Source of the DNA: Nanobdellota archaeon | GTDB lineage: Archaea > Nanobdellota > Nanobdellia > SCGC-AAA011-G17 > JACPIM01 | Length of the DNA: 64,000 bases | NCBI GenBank assembly: GCA_038046265.1 | Contig: JBBSWN010000010.1 | Coordinates: forward strand, 75,091-139,090 | Direction: 5' to 3' | Shown: positions 38,039-48,490 of the stretch, piece after piece | Position numbering within the stretch: position 1 is the first letter of the stretch | Layout: every line of letters starts with the position of its first letter | Notes under the pieces: generated by a model | Seen by the model: the letters and a program-made list of their open reading frames with translations, nothing else | The model's database searches: none | What the model was told of the DNA's origin: nothing | Program-made: the position numbers and the translations under genes

Positions 38039-39184
38039 ATGAAAACTACATTAGTGTCAAGCACATTGTCTAGCAATCCTTTTATTAGAATGTATCCTTT
38101 TGGAAGAATTTTAAGTGAAAAATATGAGACCAAGATTACAGGACCTGTAAATTCAAATGGAATTTATGAGCCTTTGAGAAATGAAGAATGGAATATAAAG
38201 CCTGTAAAGGAACTTAAAATATTTCCTTTTTACTTGAAGACTTTTTATGATATCTGCAAAAAAGTTGATTCTGATATTGTGCATGTTTTTAAGCCGAAAG
38301 TTTACAGTTACGGAGCAGGATTATGGCTAAAGTTATTGAAAAACAAGAAAATAATTTTGGATATTGATGACTGGGAGAGCCAGTATGTTTATGATAATTA
38401 TTTTTCTTTAAATCCAGCTGACATTATGAAATTTTTTTTAGTTGATTTTTATTATCCTGAAAGTTATTTTTCAAAGAAAATATTAGAAAAATTAAGGAAT
38501 TATTCTGACAGGATTATTGTTGATGCCTTATGCCTGCAAAAGAAGTTTGGAGGAACTTATATTCCGTCTGGGGCTGACACTGATTTGTTTGATCCTGAAA
38601 AATACAACGGGAAAAGGATAAGAGAGAAGTTTGGTGTTGAGAAAGATGAAATTTTAGTTTCTTTTATAGGAACTCCCAGAAAGCATAAAGGAATATTAGA
38701 ATTATTGTGGGCTTTTAAGGAAGCAAGAAAAGAAAACCACAAAATAAAATTAATGATTATTGGAGCTAGTTCTGATAATAAATTTGCCAATGAATTAAGA
38801 AAAAAAGAAGGAATTATTGTAGAGAATTACAGACCACATAATGAGATTCCGGAGTATGTTGCTGCTGCTGACATTATAGCTACTCCTTTGAAAAGCAATC
38901 CTTCTGCTATGATGCAGATGCCATACAAAATTTACGAAATGATGTCAATGGCAAAACCAATTATTGCAACTAATGTTGCTGATATTTCAATTGCCTTGAA
39001 AAACTGCGGGACAGTTATTGAGCCTAATAACTTAGAACAGTTAAAGAAAGGAATTTTAGAGTACAGCGAGAATATCAAATTAAGAAACCTGCATGGAAAA
39101 AGAGCAAGAGAAAAATGCATTAAGGAATACAGCTTTGATGTTATAAGAAAAAGAATTTTTGAAGTTTATGATAATTTAAGTTAA
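38039..39184 (+). CDS. Glycosyltransferase family 4
   Basis: GT-B C-terminal motifs. The first ATG is at 38039; the track's TTG start is at 37988. Confidence 0.6.
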   Translation: MKTTLVSSTLSSNPFIRMYPFGRILSEKYETKITGPVNSNGIYEPLRNEEWNIKPVKELKIFPFYLKTFYDICKKVDSDIVHVFKPKVYSYGAGLWLKLLKNKKIILDIDDWESQYVYDNYFSLNPADIMKFFLVDFYYPESYFSKKILEKLRNYSDRIIVDALCLQKKFGGTYIPSGADTDLFDPEKYNGKRIREKFGVEKDEILVSFIGTPRKHKGILELLWAFKEARKENHKIKLMIIGASSDNKFANELRKKEGIIVENYRPHNEIPEYVAAADIIATPLKSNPSAMMQMPYKIYEMMSMAKPIIATNVADISIALKNCGTVIEPNNLEQLKKGILEYSENIKLRNLHGKRAREKCIKEYSFDVIRKRIFEVYDNLS

Positions 39185-40179
39185 TTCTTGACCAGATTAT
39201 TTTGTTTTTCTACGAGATTTTCTTTCATAAATTCAATGTATCTTTTTAAACCTAATTCCAGATTGTGTTTTGGATTATAACCTAGAAGGTTTTTTGCTTT
39301 TGTTGGATCTAAAGTTCCTCTTTTAGGTCTCTTAAATCCAGCATCTTTGTTTACATATTCAATCTGGAGGTCTTGAAAATGTGATTTAAGAATCATTGCA
39401 AAATCTAGTAAAGATCTTGCTTCACCGAATGTAATATTAAATGTTTCATTTTGAGCTTTTGGTTCGAATGTTGCCAGAACAAACCCGTCTGCTAAATCTT
39501 CAACATATGTAAAGTCCAACTTTTCTTCCCCATTATTAAATAATTTTATTGGTTTTTTAAGAACTGCATTTTCTACAAATATCTGAGTAACTCTTCTGTT
39601 TAAATCTGTTGGGCCGTAAACCGCTGACGGCCTTATTATTGTATAGTCTAAATTGCTTCTTATGCCTGCTATTTTTGTTAAGTGTTCGCCAAATAATTTT
39701 GTTGCACCATATATGTTTACTGGAGTTAAAGGATGATCTTCAGTTATTTTGTCAAACAAGAAATTGCCGTAAACCATGCTAGATGATGTATAAACAAATC
39801 TTTCAACGAGACTATATTCTTCAACTGCTGATAAAAGATTGGCCGTGCCTAGGCAAGTATTGGAGATAGATTCATAAATATTTTTTTCACTAATTTCTGC
39901 AACTGGAATTGCTGCCAAGTGAATGACTCTTGTTGGCTGGTGTTTTTTTATAATTCTTGATATAATCTCTTGGTTAGTTGTGCTGCCTCTTTCAAAAGTT
40001 ATAGAGTTTTCTAGGCCCTGGAATCTTAATTTTATGTATTTACTATATTGTCCTGTTAATGGGGGAGAATATTGTTCGAAAGCATCTAGAATAACTATTT
40101 CATGACCTAGTTCAACAAGTTTTCTGACAATGTGGGAACCTATAAATCCAGCTCCACCTGTTATGAGTATTTTGGCCAT
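39181..40179 (-). CDS. NAD-dependent sugar epimerase/dehydratase (UDP-sugar 4-epimerase or 4,6-dehydratase class)
   Basis: Begins MAKILITGGAGFIGSH and has the YGATK catalytic motif. Confidence 0.75.
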   Translation of the reverse strand: MAKILITGGAGFIGSHIVRKLVELGHEIVILDAFEQYSPPLTGQYSKYIKLRFQGLENSITFERGSTTNQEIISRIIKKHQPTRVIHLAAIPVAEISEKNIYESISNTCLGTANLLSAVEEYSLVERFVYTSSSMVYGNFLFDKITEDHPLTPVNIYGATKLFGEHLTKIAGIRSNLDYTIIRPSAVYGPTDLNRRVTQIFVENAVLKKPIKLFNNGEEKLDFTYVEDLADGFVLATFEPKAQNETFNITFGEARSLLDFAMILKSHFQDLQIEYVNKDAGFKRPKRGTLDPTKAKNLLGYNPKHNLELGLKRYIEFMKENLVEKQNNLVKN

Positions 40180-40282
40180 AAGTCACCTTTGATAAAGCAT
40201 TTATAGTGCTATTTATAAAATTTTTGCATTTTTGATGTTTGATAATGAAAAAGCTTTTTAATGAACATGGGTGTTTAGGAAT

Positions 40283-41488
40283 ATGCCAACAATAACTTTA
40301 GTATGCAATGAATTTCCACCAATTATAATGGGTGGTGTGGGAAATACAGCAAGAGTATTAGCAAATAATTATTCTAAAATAAAAAATTTAAAAGTCAATG
40401 TAGTTACTGCAAGATATAATGAGAATAAGGATTTACCAAGAATAGAAAAAAAAGGAAATTTAACAATTTATAGAATTAAGGCCCCAAATTGGCTTGAGGC
40501 TATTATAGGAAAGATATACAAAAAAAATTTGTGCTTTCCTTTTTATGCTGGCTTGTTTTCTTTATTTAATAAAAAATTAATTAAGGAGTCAGATTTAATT
40601 CACAGCTTACATGTAAGGGATGTTCCTTTTTTTAGGACTTATGGAAAACCTGTTGTTTTGAATATAAGTGATTTTTATTCTTCTATTATTCCTTTTAATT
40701 TTTTTAAGTATCCGTATAAATGGGAGAGGGGAAAATTTTATAAATATTTAAATCATATGTGGTTTAGAATATTGGACAGATTAAGTATTGATAAGGCTAT
40801 GGCTATTTTATGCGAGTGTTATTATGCAAAAAACATAATTGAAAAAAATTATATGTCTTCTCATGGAAAAACTTTTATGATACATAAAGGGATAGATTTT
40901 CCTAAATTTAAGAAAGTGAAGAAAGAAATAGATATTTTATTTATAGGTTCTAGATTTGAGATTAAAGGTGCTAAAGAAGTTTTATATGCTGTTAATTTGT
41001 TAAAGAAAAAATATCCTAAAATAAAATGTTTAATGATAGGGAGGTATTCTAAATTTGATTATGATTATGAAAAGTTTATCAATGAAAATAATTTAAAAGA
41101 TAAAATAACTATTTTGGGAAATACTCCACATGATGAGTTAATTAAATATTTATTAAAATCAAAAATTTATGTTATTCCAACTCATTTAGAGAGTTTAGCT
41201 CAAACAACAATAGAGGCTATGGCTTGTAAGGTACCTGTGATTTCTTCTAATGTTGGAGGGCAACCAGAGGCTGTTACTCAGGATATTGGATTTATTGTTG
41301 AGCCTACTGATTATGAAGCAATAGCAAAATATGTTGATTTTTTATTACAAAATCCAAAAAAAGCTAAAGAAATGGGTGAAAAAAGTTTTAAAAAAGCTAA
41401 AGAGGAATTTTCTGAAGAATTAATGGTTAAAAAATATATTGAAGTTTACAATTTATTTTTACCTGAAAACAAGAAAATAATAGTTTAA
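40283..41488 (+). CDS. Glycosyltransferase family 4
   Basis: GT-B fold, with the C-terminal domain ESLAQTTIEAMACKVPVISSNVGG. ATG at 40283. Confidence 0.7.
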   Translation: MPTITLVCNEFPPIIMGGVGNTARVLANNYSKIKNLKVNVVTARYNENKDLPRIEKKGNLTIYRIKAPNWLEAIIGKIYKKNLCFPFYAGLFSLFNKKLIKESDLIHSLHVRDVPFFRTYGKPVVLNISDFYSSIIPFNFFKYPYKWERGKFYKYLNHMWFRILDRLSIDKAMAILCECYYAKNIIEKNYMSSHGKTFMIHKGIDFPKFKKVKKEIDILFIGSRFEIKGAKEVLYAVNLLKKKYPKIKCLMIGRYSKFDYDYEKFINENNLKDKITILGNTPHDELIKYLLKSKIYVIPTHLESLAQTTIEAMACKVPVISSNVGGQPEAVTQDIGFIVEPTDYEAIAKYVDFLLQNPKKAKEMGEKSFKKAKEEFSEELMVKKYIEVYNLFLPENKKIIV

Positions 41489-42093
41489 TGACTTATCAAG
41501 TATCAATAGATGAATTAGCAAATTTTATAAGTTTATTACTTAGTGATTTTTATATGGTTTTTAGATTGATTTTAGAAAGACTTGTAGTTTATCCATTGAA
41601 TTTAATCCCTTCATTAGTTGGTGTTATTTTAAGAAGAGGTTTTTATAAATTTTTGTTTAAAAAAATGGGAAAGAAAGTAGTAATAAAAGAGTTTAATGTT
41701 ATAAAGCACTTGGGAAATATAGAAATAGGTAATTATAGTGAAATTAACCAGTTTTGTTTTATTAATGCAATGGGGGGGTTAAAAATTGGAGATTATTGTC
41801 AAATAGCTCCTATGGTTTCTTTGGTAACATTTAATTATAAAAAAGATAATTTACCAATGCCTTATATTAAGCAAGGCGAGGAGAAAAAAAGCATAGAATT
41901 AGGAAATAATGTCTGGCTAGGAAATAAAGTTACTGTTGTGGCTGGTGTAAAAATAGGAGATAATTCTATTATAGGAGCAAATAGCGTTGTTACAAAAGAT
42001 GTGCCAGCAAATTCTATTGCAGTTGGAAGTCCTGCAACTGTTGTTAAACAGTTTAAAAACAACAAATGGGTTGATATTAAATATAATAAGTAA
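41488..42093 (+). CDS. Hexapeptide-repeat sugar N/O-acetyltransferase
   Basis: Left-handed beta-helix repeats (VWLGNKVTVVAGVKIGDNSIIGANSVV). Its start overlaps the upstream stop. Confidence 0.7.
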   Translation: MTYQVSIDELANFISLLLSDFYMVFRLILERLVVYPLNLIPSLVGVILRRGFYKFLFKKMGKKVVIKEFNVIKHLGNIEIGNYSEINQFCFINAMGGLKIGDYCQIAPMVSLVTFNYKKDNLPMPYIKQGEEKKSIELGNNVWLGNKVTVVAGVKIGDNSIIGANSVVTKDVPANSIAVGSPATVVKQFKNNKWVDIKYNK

Positions 42094-42126
42094 ATTTATA
42101 AATTCTATCTATAAAAATTTAAGGAC

Positions 42127-43209
42127 ATGAACATTTCATTTAACAAACCTATTTTAGGTAAAGAGGAAGAAGAAAAGGTACTAGAGGTAATTAGATCTGG
42201 AAATTTATTATTAGGAAATAAAGTTGAAGAGTTTGAGAAAGAATTTGCGAAGTATATTGGAGTAAAGCACTGTATATGCACAAGCTCCGGAACAACTGCC
42301 TTGAATACTGTTTTAAGAGCAAACGGCATTAAAGAAGGTGATGAAGTAATTACAACGCCATTGTCTTTTATTGCTACTGCTAATTCTGTTTTACATTTAA
42401 ATGCAAAACCGGTTTTTGCTGATATAGATGAAAATACTTTTACAATAAACCCTAGTTTAATCAAGGAAAAAATTACAAAAAAGACAAGAGCAATTTTACC
42501 AGTAAGCTTGTATGGACATCCTTGCTACATGGATGAGATTAAAGAGATTGCTGAAAAGCATAATTTACTAGTTATAGAGGATTGTGCACAATCACATGGA
42601 TCTGAGTATAAGGGAAGAAAAACAGGCTCCTTGACAATGAGTTCTGCTTTTAGTTTTGACCCTACAAAAAGCATTTCAAGTGCTGGAGGGGGGGCTGTTG
42701 TTACTAATGATGACAAGATTATGGAAATGTCAAGGATGATAAGGATACACGGGCAAAGAGAAAAAAACAACCATGAAATTCTGGGTTTTAACTACAAGAT
42801 GAATGATATCTCTGCTGTAATTTTAATAGAGCAATTAAAGAAAATAGACAATTTTTTGAAAAGAAGAAAAGAAAATGCAGATTTTTTAACAAGGAATTTA
42901 AAAGATTTAAAGTGGCTGAAAGTTCCAGAAGTAAAAGAGAACTGCAGACATTCATTCAGCAGATTTACAATTAAAGTAATTGGAAAAAACAGAGATGAAG
43001 TTATGAAGAAGTTAAATGAAAAAGGAATTGGAACAGGATTGTTTTATCCGAAGCCGATTCACAAGCAGAAGGTATATATTGATTTAAATTACAAAGACAG
43101 TCTGCCTGTTGCTGAAAAAATATGCAGCCAGATTTTAAGTCTGCCAGTTCATCCAGGATTAAACAAGGAAGAACTAGAATATATAGTAGAAATAATGAAT
43201 TCTATTTAA
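42127..43209 (+). CDS. DegT/DnrJ/EryC1-family sugar aminotransferase (PLP-dependent)
   Basis: Pyridoxal-lysine region FSFDPTKSISSAGGGAVVTND. Confidence 0.8.
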   Translation: MNISFNKPILGKEEEEKVLEVIRSGNLLLGNKVEEFEKEFAKYIGVKHCICTSSGTTALNTVLRANGIKEGDEVITTPLSFIATANSVLHLNAKPVFADIDENTFTINPSLIKEKITKKTRAILPVSLYGHPCYMDEIKEIAEKHNLLVIEDCAQSHGSEYKGRKTGSLTMSSAFSFDPTKSISSAGGGAVVTNDDKIMEMSRMIRIHGQREKNNHEILGFNYKMNDISAVILIEQLKKIDNFLKRRKENADFLTRNLKDLKWLKVPEVKENCRHSFSRFTIKVIGKNRDEVMKKLNEKGIGTGLFYPKPIHKQKVYIDLNYKDSLPVAEKICSQILSLPVHPGLNKEELEYIVEIMNSI

Positions 43210-44263
43210 GTCTTTTTGAAATTTCTTCTGCTATTGCAAAACAAGATGTAAGGCCAGGAGAATCTATACCTAATAAATGGAAGACGTTTTCTGGATTTTC
43301 TTCTATTAAAAAGTCATTTATGCTTAATTTAGATCTTATTCCAGAAAATCCTTCTTCTAGGTCTGAAATTTCAACTGCAGGGAAATAAGGCTTAATTGCT
43401 TCATAAAAAAGTAAAGCTGGAAGCTTGTCTCTTGTATAGTCTGTTTTTTCTTCTATTTTTCTTGATGATGGACCAACTAAAAGTTTATCTTCAAATGTTG
43501 GAGTTAAATGGATGCCTAAGAAAGTATCTGAAGGAACTGGGTAAACTGGTCTTGAAACTAATGCTGCTTTTTTTCCTTTTATTTCAAAATATTCTCCCCT
43601 ATATGGTATAATTTTGTGCTTTCTGCTTTTAGTTATCATTGTGTAGATTTCATCTGCAAAAAGGCCTGTTGCATTAATTACGAAATTAAAATTATCGCTG
43701 CCTCTTTCTTCTGTTTCTATTTTTACTTCATCATTTTCTTTTGATATATTTTTGATTTTGGAATTTCTTAAAATGACAACTCCTCTTTTACTGCACTCTC
43801 TTTCTAATGCATTTACTAATTCAGCAACATCGACTATTCCAGATGTTGGCGAGAAAAGAGCTGATCTTGCCTCGATATACGGCTCCAGTTTTTTTACTTC
43901 TTCTCTTGAAAGTTTAGATAAAGGGACGTTATTATTTAAGCCATTTTCAAATAATTTTTCTAGTTCTTTTTCATCTGCTTCAGTTACTGCTACAATAAGC
44001 TTGCCATCTTTTTTATATTTTATTTTATGTCTTTCACAAAAATCATAGAGCAATTTGTTTCCTTCTATACAAAGTCTCTTTTTCAAAGAATTTCCAGGAT
44101 AATATAAACCAGAGTGAACAACTCCTGAGTTTCGAGAAGATGAATGGGCAAAGAGAAAAGGCTCTTTTTCAAACAAGAAAACGTTTGTGAATAAGGATAA
44201 TTCATATGCTACTGCGCAGCCGACAATACCACCACCAATTATAGCAACTTTTTCCTCTATCAT
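43202..44263 (-). CDS. FAD-dependent oxidoreductase (LhgO/GlpA-like)
   Basis: Dinucleotide-binding motif VAIIGGGIVGCAVAYEL. Confidence 0.6.
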   Translation of the reverse strand: MIEEKVAIIGGGIVGCAVAYELSLFTNVFLFEKEPFLFAHSSSRNSGVVHSGLYYPGNSLKKRLCIEGNKLLYDFCERHKIKYKKDGKLIVAVTEADEKELEKLFENGLNNNVPLSKLSREEVKKLEPYIEARSALFSPTSGIVDVAELVNALERECSKRGVVILRNSKIKNISKENDEVKIETEERGSDNFNFVINATGLFADEIYTMITKSRKHKIIPYRGEYFEIKGKKAALVSRPVYPVPSDTFLGIHLTPTFEDKLLVGPSSRKIEEKTDYTRDKLPALLFYEAIKPYFPAVEISDLEEGFSGIRSKLSINDFLIEENPENVFHLLGIDSPGLTSCFAIAEEISKRLK

Positions 44264-44264
44264 G

Positions 44265-44951
44265 TTAGAAAAGATTTTTGAAAACTATCCACATATATCT
44301 TGGGCCGTGCTTTGTCATTGATATATTAGATTTACCTGAAACTCTTTTTAATTCTCTGCTAGGCACTTCAAGAATTTTGTAACCTTTTTTAATGCATTTT
44401 ATGCACATTTCTGTTTCTATTTCAGTATGTTTTGAGACAAGGTTTAAATTTTTAAGAGCAATTACTTTAAAAGCCCTAAACCCGTTTTGGGTGTCCTGCA
44501 TTTCTGTCTTAAAGCGCCAGTTAATTATTTGAGCGATGCACATTGAGAAAAAAACCCTTAAAAACTTGTTAAAGTCACCGTACATCTCCTCGCTTCCACC
44601 AAGAAATCTAGAACCTATGACCATATCTGCTTTGTTTTCTATAATTGGCTGGACTAAGGAAGGAATGTCAGATGCAATATGAGAGCCATCACTGTCAATA
44701 AAAACAACAATTTCATCATCTTTTAAATAATCTATAGAAGTTCTTATGCCGTCGCCTTTTCCAAGGCCATTATCAAATATTACTTTTGCACCAAGCTGTT
44801 TTGCAATTTCAGGTGTTTTGTCCTTGTTTTTTTTAGCAACACTTACGATTATTTCATCACAAAAAGGCTTTACTTCTTTTATTGTCCTGCCTATTGTTGA
44901 TTCCTCGTTATATGCTGGGATAACAACTATTATTTTAGGTATTAAGGACAT
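44265..44951 (-). CDS. Glycosyltransferase family 2 (dolichyl-phosphate sugar synthase-like)
   Basis: Contains IIVVIPAYNEESTI and DSDG. The ATG is at 44951; the track's upstream start is TTG. Confidence 0.65.
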   Translation of the reverse strand: MSLIPKIIVVIPAYNEESTIGRTIKEVKPFCDEIIVSVAKKNKDKTPEIAKQLGAKVIFDNGLGKGDGIRTSIDYLKDDEIVVFIDSDGSHIASDIPSLVQPIIENKADMVIGSRFLGGSEEMYGDFNKFLRVFFSMCIAQIINWRFKTEMQDTQNGFRAFKVIALKNLNLVSKHTEIETEMCIKCIKKGYKILEVPSRELKRVSGKSNISMTKHGPRYMWIVFKNLF

Positions 44952-44997
44952 ACAAACTGGGAGAAACAAGGTGTTTTTAAACTTTCTTGTGATTTAA

Positions 44998-46338
44998 TTA
45001 ATAGCCACCTTTCAATAAAAAGGTTTTTCCCATGTCAAACAAGTACTTTGCTTCATGAACAGAAAACCTTTTCATGAATGAAGTAAAATAAGCTGGCCTA
45101 AGGTAAAATCTTTTTAAAAAGTATTTGTATCTTTTGTTTAACTCAGGATCTTTATTATAAAAGTAAAGCAAGCCATCCCAATTACCTTCTTTATATTCTT
45201 CATCATATTCATCAAACAAAGGAGAGCCTGGAACTGGTGTGAAAAAAGACAACCATAAATAGTCTGGATTTATTTTCTTTGCAAGAGAGACGCTTTTTTC
45301 TAAGTCTTCCCATTCTTCACCTGGCAGACCAACAATAAAGTAGGATTTTGTTTTTAAACCAACTTTTCTTGCAACTTTAAAAGTTTCTTCAATCATGCTA
45401 ATGGTGATTCCTTTTCTTACATTGTTAAGGACTTTCTGGCTTCCGCTTTCAACGCCAAAAGAAACAACTTCACAACCTGCTTCTTTCATAGCTCTTAAAG
45501 TTTCTTCAGATATTTTTACTCTTAACTGCGAGGACCATCTTATTCCTAAATCTTTTATTGCTGCACAGATTTCTTGAACTCTGTCTTCTTCTGTTGTAAA
45601 ATTGACATCATCAAAAATAATGCTTCTTATTCCGAATTTTTCCTTAAGCATTTTTATTTCGGCAACAATGTTTTCAGTGCTTCTATATCTAGTTCTTCTT
45701 TGAAATGTTGTGTAGTCTGCACAAAATGTACAAGTAAAAGGACAGCCTCTTGATGAATTTATTTGGGTTGTTAATTCACCTGGCTTGCAAACAAAACCAA
45801 ACTGAACTGTGCCTGCATATTTTTTTAAGTTTATTAAATGCCTTGCAGGGAAAGGAAAATTGTCTAAGTTCTCTTCAAGTTCACGAGGCTTGTTTTTATG
45901 TATGCCATTTTCATCTTTATATGCAAGGCCATCAATTTTACTTTGTTCTTTGCCCTGGCAATATTCCAGGAATGTCCATTCAGATTCACCGAAGCATGCT
46001 GCTTCACATTTTAATTCTTCAATTGTTCTTTCTGGAAATGCGCTTGCATGAGGACCGCCTGCAATTACTTTTGCATTGTGATCATGAGCAAATTTTGTCA
46101 AGTAAATAGCTCTTTTTATACAAGGACTTACCACGCCCAAGCCTACAATATCTGGCTTGAATTGCTTTACTGCGTCTTCAAAAATGTCACCACATAATTC
46201 ATCAACTATTTTGACTTCAAAATTATTAGCTTCCAGCATGCTGGCTACATATAAAAGACCAATAGGCTGATGCCTGCCGCCCACTGCTTTCATATTACCC
46301 ATGACGTCATTATCGACGCGAACCAGCAAAATTTTCAT
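44998..46338 (-). CDS. B12-binding radical SAM enzyme
   Basis: N-terminal cobalamin-binding domain (AGGPHASAFPE), followed by CPFTCTFC. Confidence 0.75.
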   Translation of the reverse strand: MKILLVRVDNDVMGNMKAVGGRHQPIGLLYVASMLEANNFEVKIVDELCGDIFEDAVKQFKPDIVGLGVVSPCIKRAIYLTKFAHDHNAKVIAGGPHASAFPERTIEELKCEAACFGESEWTFLEYCQGKEQSKIDGLAYKDENGIHKNKPRELEENLDNFPFPARHLINLKKYAGTVQFGFVCKPGELTTQINSSRGCPFTCTFCADYTTFQRRTRYRSTENIVAEIKMLKEKFGIRSIIFDDVNFTTEEDRVQEICAAIKDLGIRWSSQLRVKISEETLRAMKEAGCEVVSFGVESGSQKVLNNVRKGITISMIEETFKVARKVGLKTKSYFIVGLPGEEWEDLEKSVSLAKKINPDYLWLSFFTPVPGSPLFDEYDEEYKEGNWDGLLYFYNKDPELNKRYKYFLKRFYLRPAYFTSFMKRFSVHEAKYLFDMGKTFLLKGGY

Positions 46339-47225
46339 TAGTTTTTTACCTCTTTAATCCAAAGCTTTAATCCTGTATCAAAATCAAGTGGTTTAAAGTT
46401 TAAATCTTTTTCTGCGGGGCCAATGTCCAAGGCTCTTTGCTTTTGAGTCATGCTTAAATATTGTTCATGTGTCATCAGCCAATGCATGCCTAGAGCTTCA
46501 TTTACCTTAATTATGAATTTAAACGGCCAGGCAGGCACTTTGATGTATTTTTTACTGCCTGGAGTTAATCGGCCTATTTTTTTCATATATTCTTTTATAG
46601 TTAATTTGGTTGCTCCACCAATATAATAAGTTTTGTTTAAGGCTATTTTAGATTCAAGAACTTTCATTATTATAGAAATTATGTCATCTATATAAACTGG
46701 GCGTATTTCAGCATCTCCTATAACTGGGATAATTGAGTGCTTTCTTAACAAATTATATGTCATTGTCAAACCTTTGTCTCCTTTTCCGTAAATCATGGCG
46801 GGCCTTATTATTACAAAAGGGATTTTGCTGTTTTTAACTATTATTTCACTTTGGAGCTTGCTGTTTCCGTAAATTCCCAGTTCTTTAAATGTTGCATTAA
46901 CAGAACTAAAGTGAATAATTTTCTTTACAGAATTTAACTGGCATGCTTCAATCAAATTTTTAGTTCCAAGGACGTTTACAGAGTAATTTGTATTTTTATT
47001 TATTGACTGGACTGCTGCTGCAAGATGAACAACATAGTCAATATTTTTTGCTGCGTCTATTAAACTGTTTTTGTCAAGCAAATTTCCGTGAACAAGTTCG
47101 ACATTTTCCTTAAATTCAGGCTTAGTTTTTGAGAACAAGCAACGAACTTTGTATTTTTTTACAGCTTCTTTAACAAAATGCTTTCCTATGAAACCTGTAG
47201 AACCTGTTATTAAAATATTTTTCAT
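46338..47225 (-). CDS. NAD-dependent epimerase/dehydratase
   Basis: Begins MKNILITGSTGFIGKHF. Its stop overlaps the start of the downstream rSAM gene. Confidence 0.7.
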   Translation of the reverse strand: MKNILITGSTGFIGKHFVKEAVKKYKVRCLFSKTKPEFKENVELVHGNLLDKNSLIDAAKNIDYVVHLAAAVQSINKNTNYSVNVLGTKNLIEACQLNSVKKIIHFSSVNATFKELGIYGNSKLQSEIIVKNSKIPFVIIRPAMIYGKGDKGLTMTYNLLRKHSIIPVIGDAEIRPVYIDDIISIIMKVLESKIALNKTYYIGGATKLTIKEYMKKIGRLTPGSKKYIKVPAWPFKFIIKVNEALGMHWLMTHEQYLSMTQKQRALDIGPAEKDLNFKPLDFDTGLKLWIKEVKN

Positions 47226-47231
47226 AGCAAA

Positions 47232-48356
47232 TTATTTTTTGTAAAGAGGATGGAATAACAAATTAATTTCAGTCTGGTTGTTCCAGAAACAAGCTCTGCA
47301 CTCTCGAACTTTTTCCCTGTCGTTTTTAATTTCATTTGAGTACCAGTATTCTTTAAGAGGTGTCTTGCGAATATTAGGACCTTTGTCTACTTCACCTTCC
47401 ATTCTAGGGAAACATGGATAAATGTCACCATAAGCACCTATACATAATGTTGCGTAGCCAGCATAGCAAGAAAATGGAAGTTTTTTATGGGCAAATGCAT
47501 CTTTAAAAAGTTTAAGATACGCCAAAGAGTTTTCAATAGCTTTTGACTTTTGTCTGATATTAATTAATTGGTCTACTGCTCTGTTTAATTTTTCTATTTT
47601 TTCTTCATCAATTTTAAATTCTGAGCTGTTTTCCTTTCCTGTGCTAAACAAGCCAATGTCATGGAACGGCATGAAACTAATATGATCAACACCTTTTTTC
47701 TTAAGAATAGTAACTAAATCAATTAATTGATCAACATTATAATTGCTTACTACATTAACTACGACAATTTTTATTCTGCTTTTCAATTCTTTTCTTAATT
47801 CAACTATGTTATCTATTGCTTGCAATACTTTTTCGTAAGAGCCATTGCCACGGATAGCATCATGTGTTTCTGGCAAAGCGCCATCTACAGAAAAGCCAAT
47901 GGCATCTAAACCAGACTCTACAACTTTTCTTGCGATTTGCTTGGAAGCAATTATTGTGCCATTAGAAGACATATGAGTGACCATTCCTTTTTGCTTTGTA
48001 TATTTAATTAAGTCAAGCATGTCCGGCCTTAAAATCGGTTCACCGCCTGTAAAACCAATTCCTGCTGTACCTATTTCTGCAAAATCATCAATTAAATTGT
48101 ACATTTCTTCTGTTGAAAGCTCTTTTTTGTCATGCTGCTTGTCATATTCACCAGGACCTTTCCAAAGAAAACACATAGGGCATCTTAGATTGCATTTATA
48201 GGTAACAACTATTGAACCATGGAACGGGCCAGCATAGGATTTTCGTCTTGCACGGGAAAGAATTAGGCCACTGTATTGAAGCCCTCTTTTTGGACCAATA
48301 AGGACGTCACCTTCTACAGTTTTCTTTAATAAGTAGGATAAGTAGAGATCTCTCAT
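47232..48356 (-). CDS. Radical SAM enzyme (SPASM/twitch type)
   Basis: CNLRCPMC motif, with additional C-terminal cysteines (CYAGYATLCIGAYGDIYPCF...CRAC). Confidence 0.7.
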   Translation of the reverse strand: MRDLYLSYLLKKTVEGDVLIGPKRGLQYSGLILSRARRKSYAGPFHGSIVVTYKCNLRCPMCFLWKGPGEYDKQHDKKELSTEEMYNLIDDFAEIGTAGIGFTGGEPILRPDMLDLIKYTKQKGMVTHMSSNGTIIASKQIARKVVESGLDAIGFSVDGALPETHDAIRGNGSYEKVLQAIDNIVELRKELKSRIKIVVVNVVSNYNVDQLIDLVTILKKKGVDHISFMPFHDIGLFSTGKENSSEFKIDEEKIEKLNRAVDQLINIRQKSKAIENSLAYLKLFKDAFAHKKLPFSCYAGYATLCIGAYGDIYPCFPRMEGEVDKGPNIRKTPLKEYWYSNEIKNDREKVRECRACFWNNQTEINLLFHPLYKK

Positions 48357-48490
48357 TTTAGCCTTAATTTTGCTAGATTCTTTTTAAATTTTTCGCAAGA
48401 GCTGTTTATTTATATATGGTAGTAAATATAATTTTTAAGGAAGAAGTGTTTCAGGGTTTCGATAGGTATTTATATTAAATCTATTCACTT

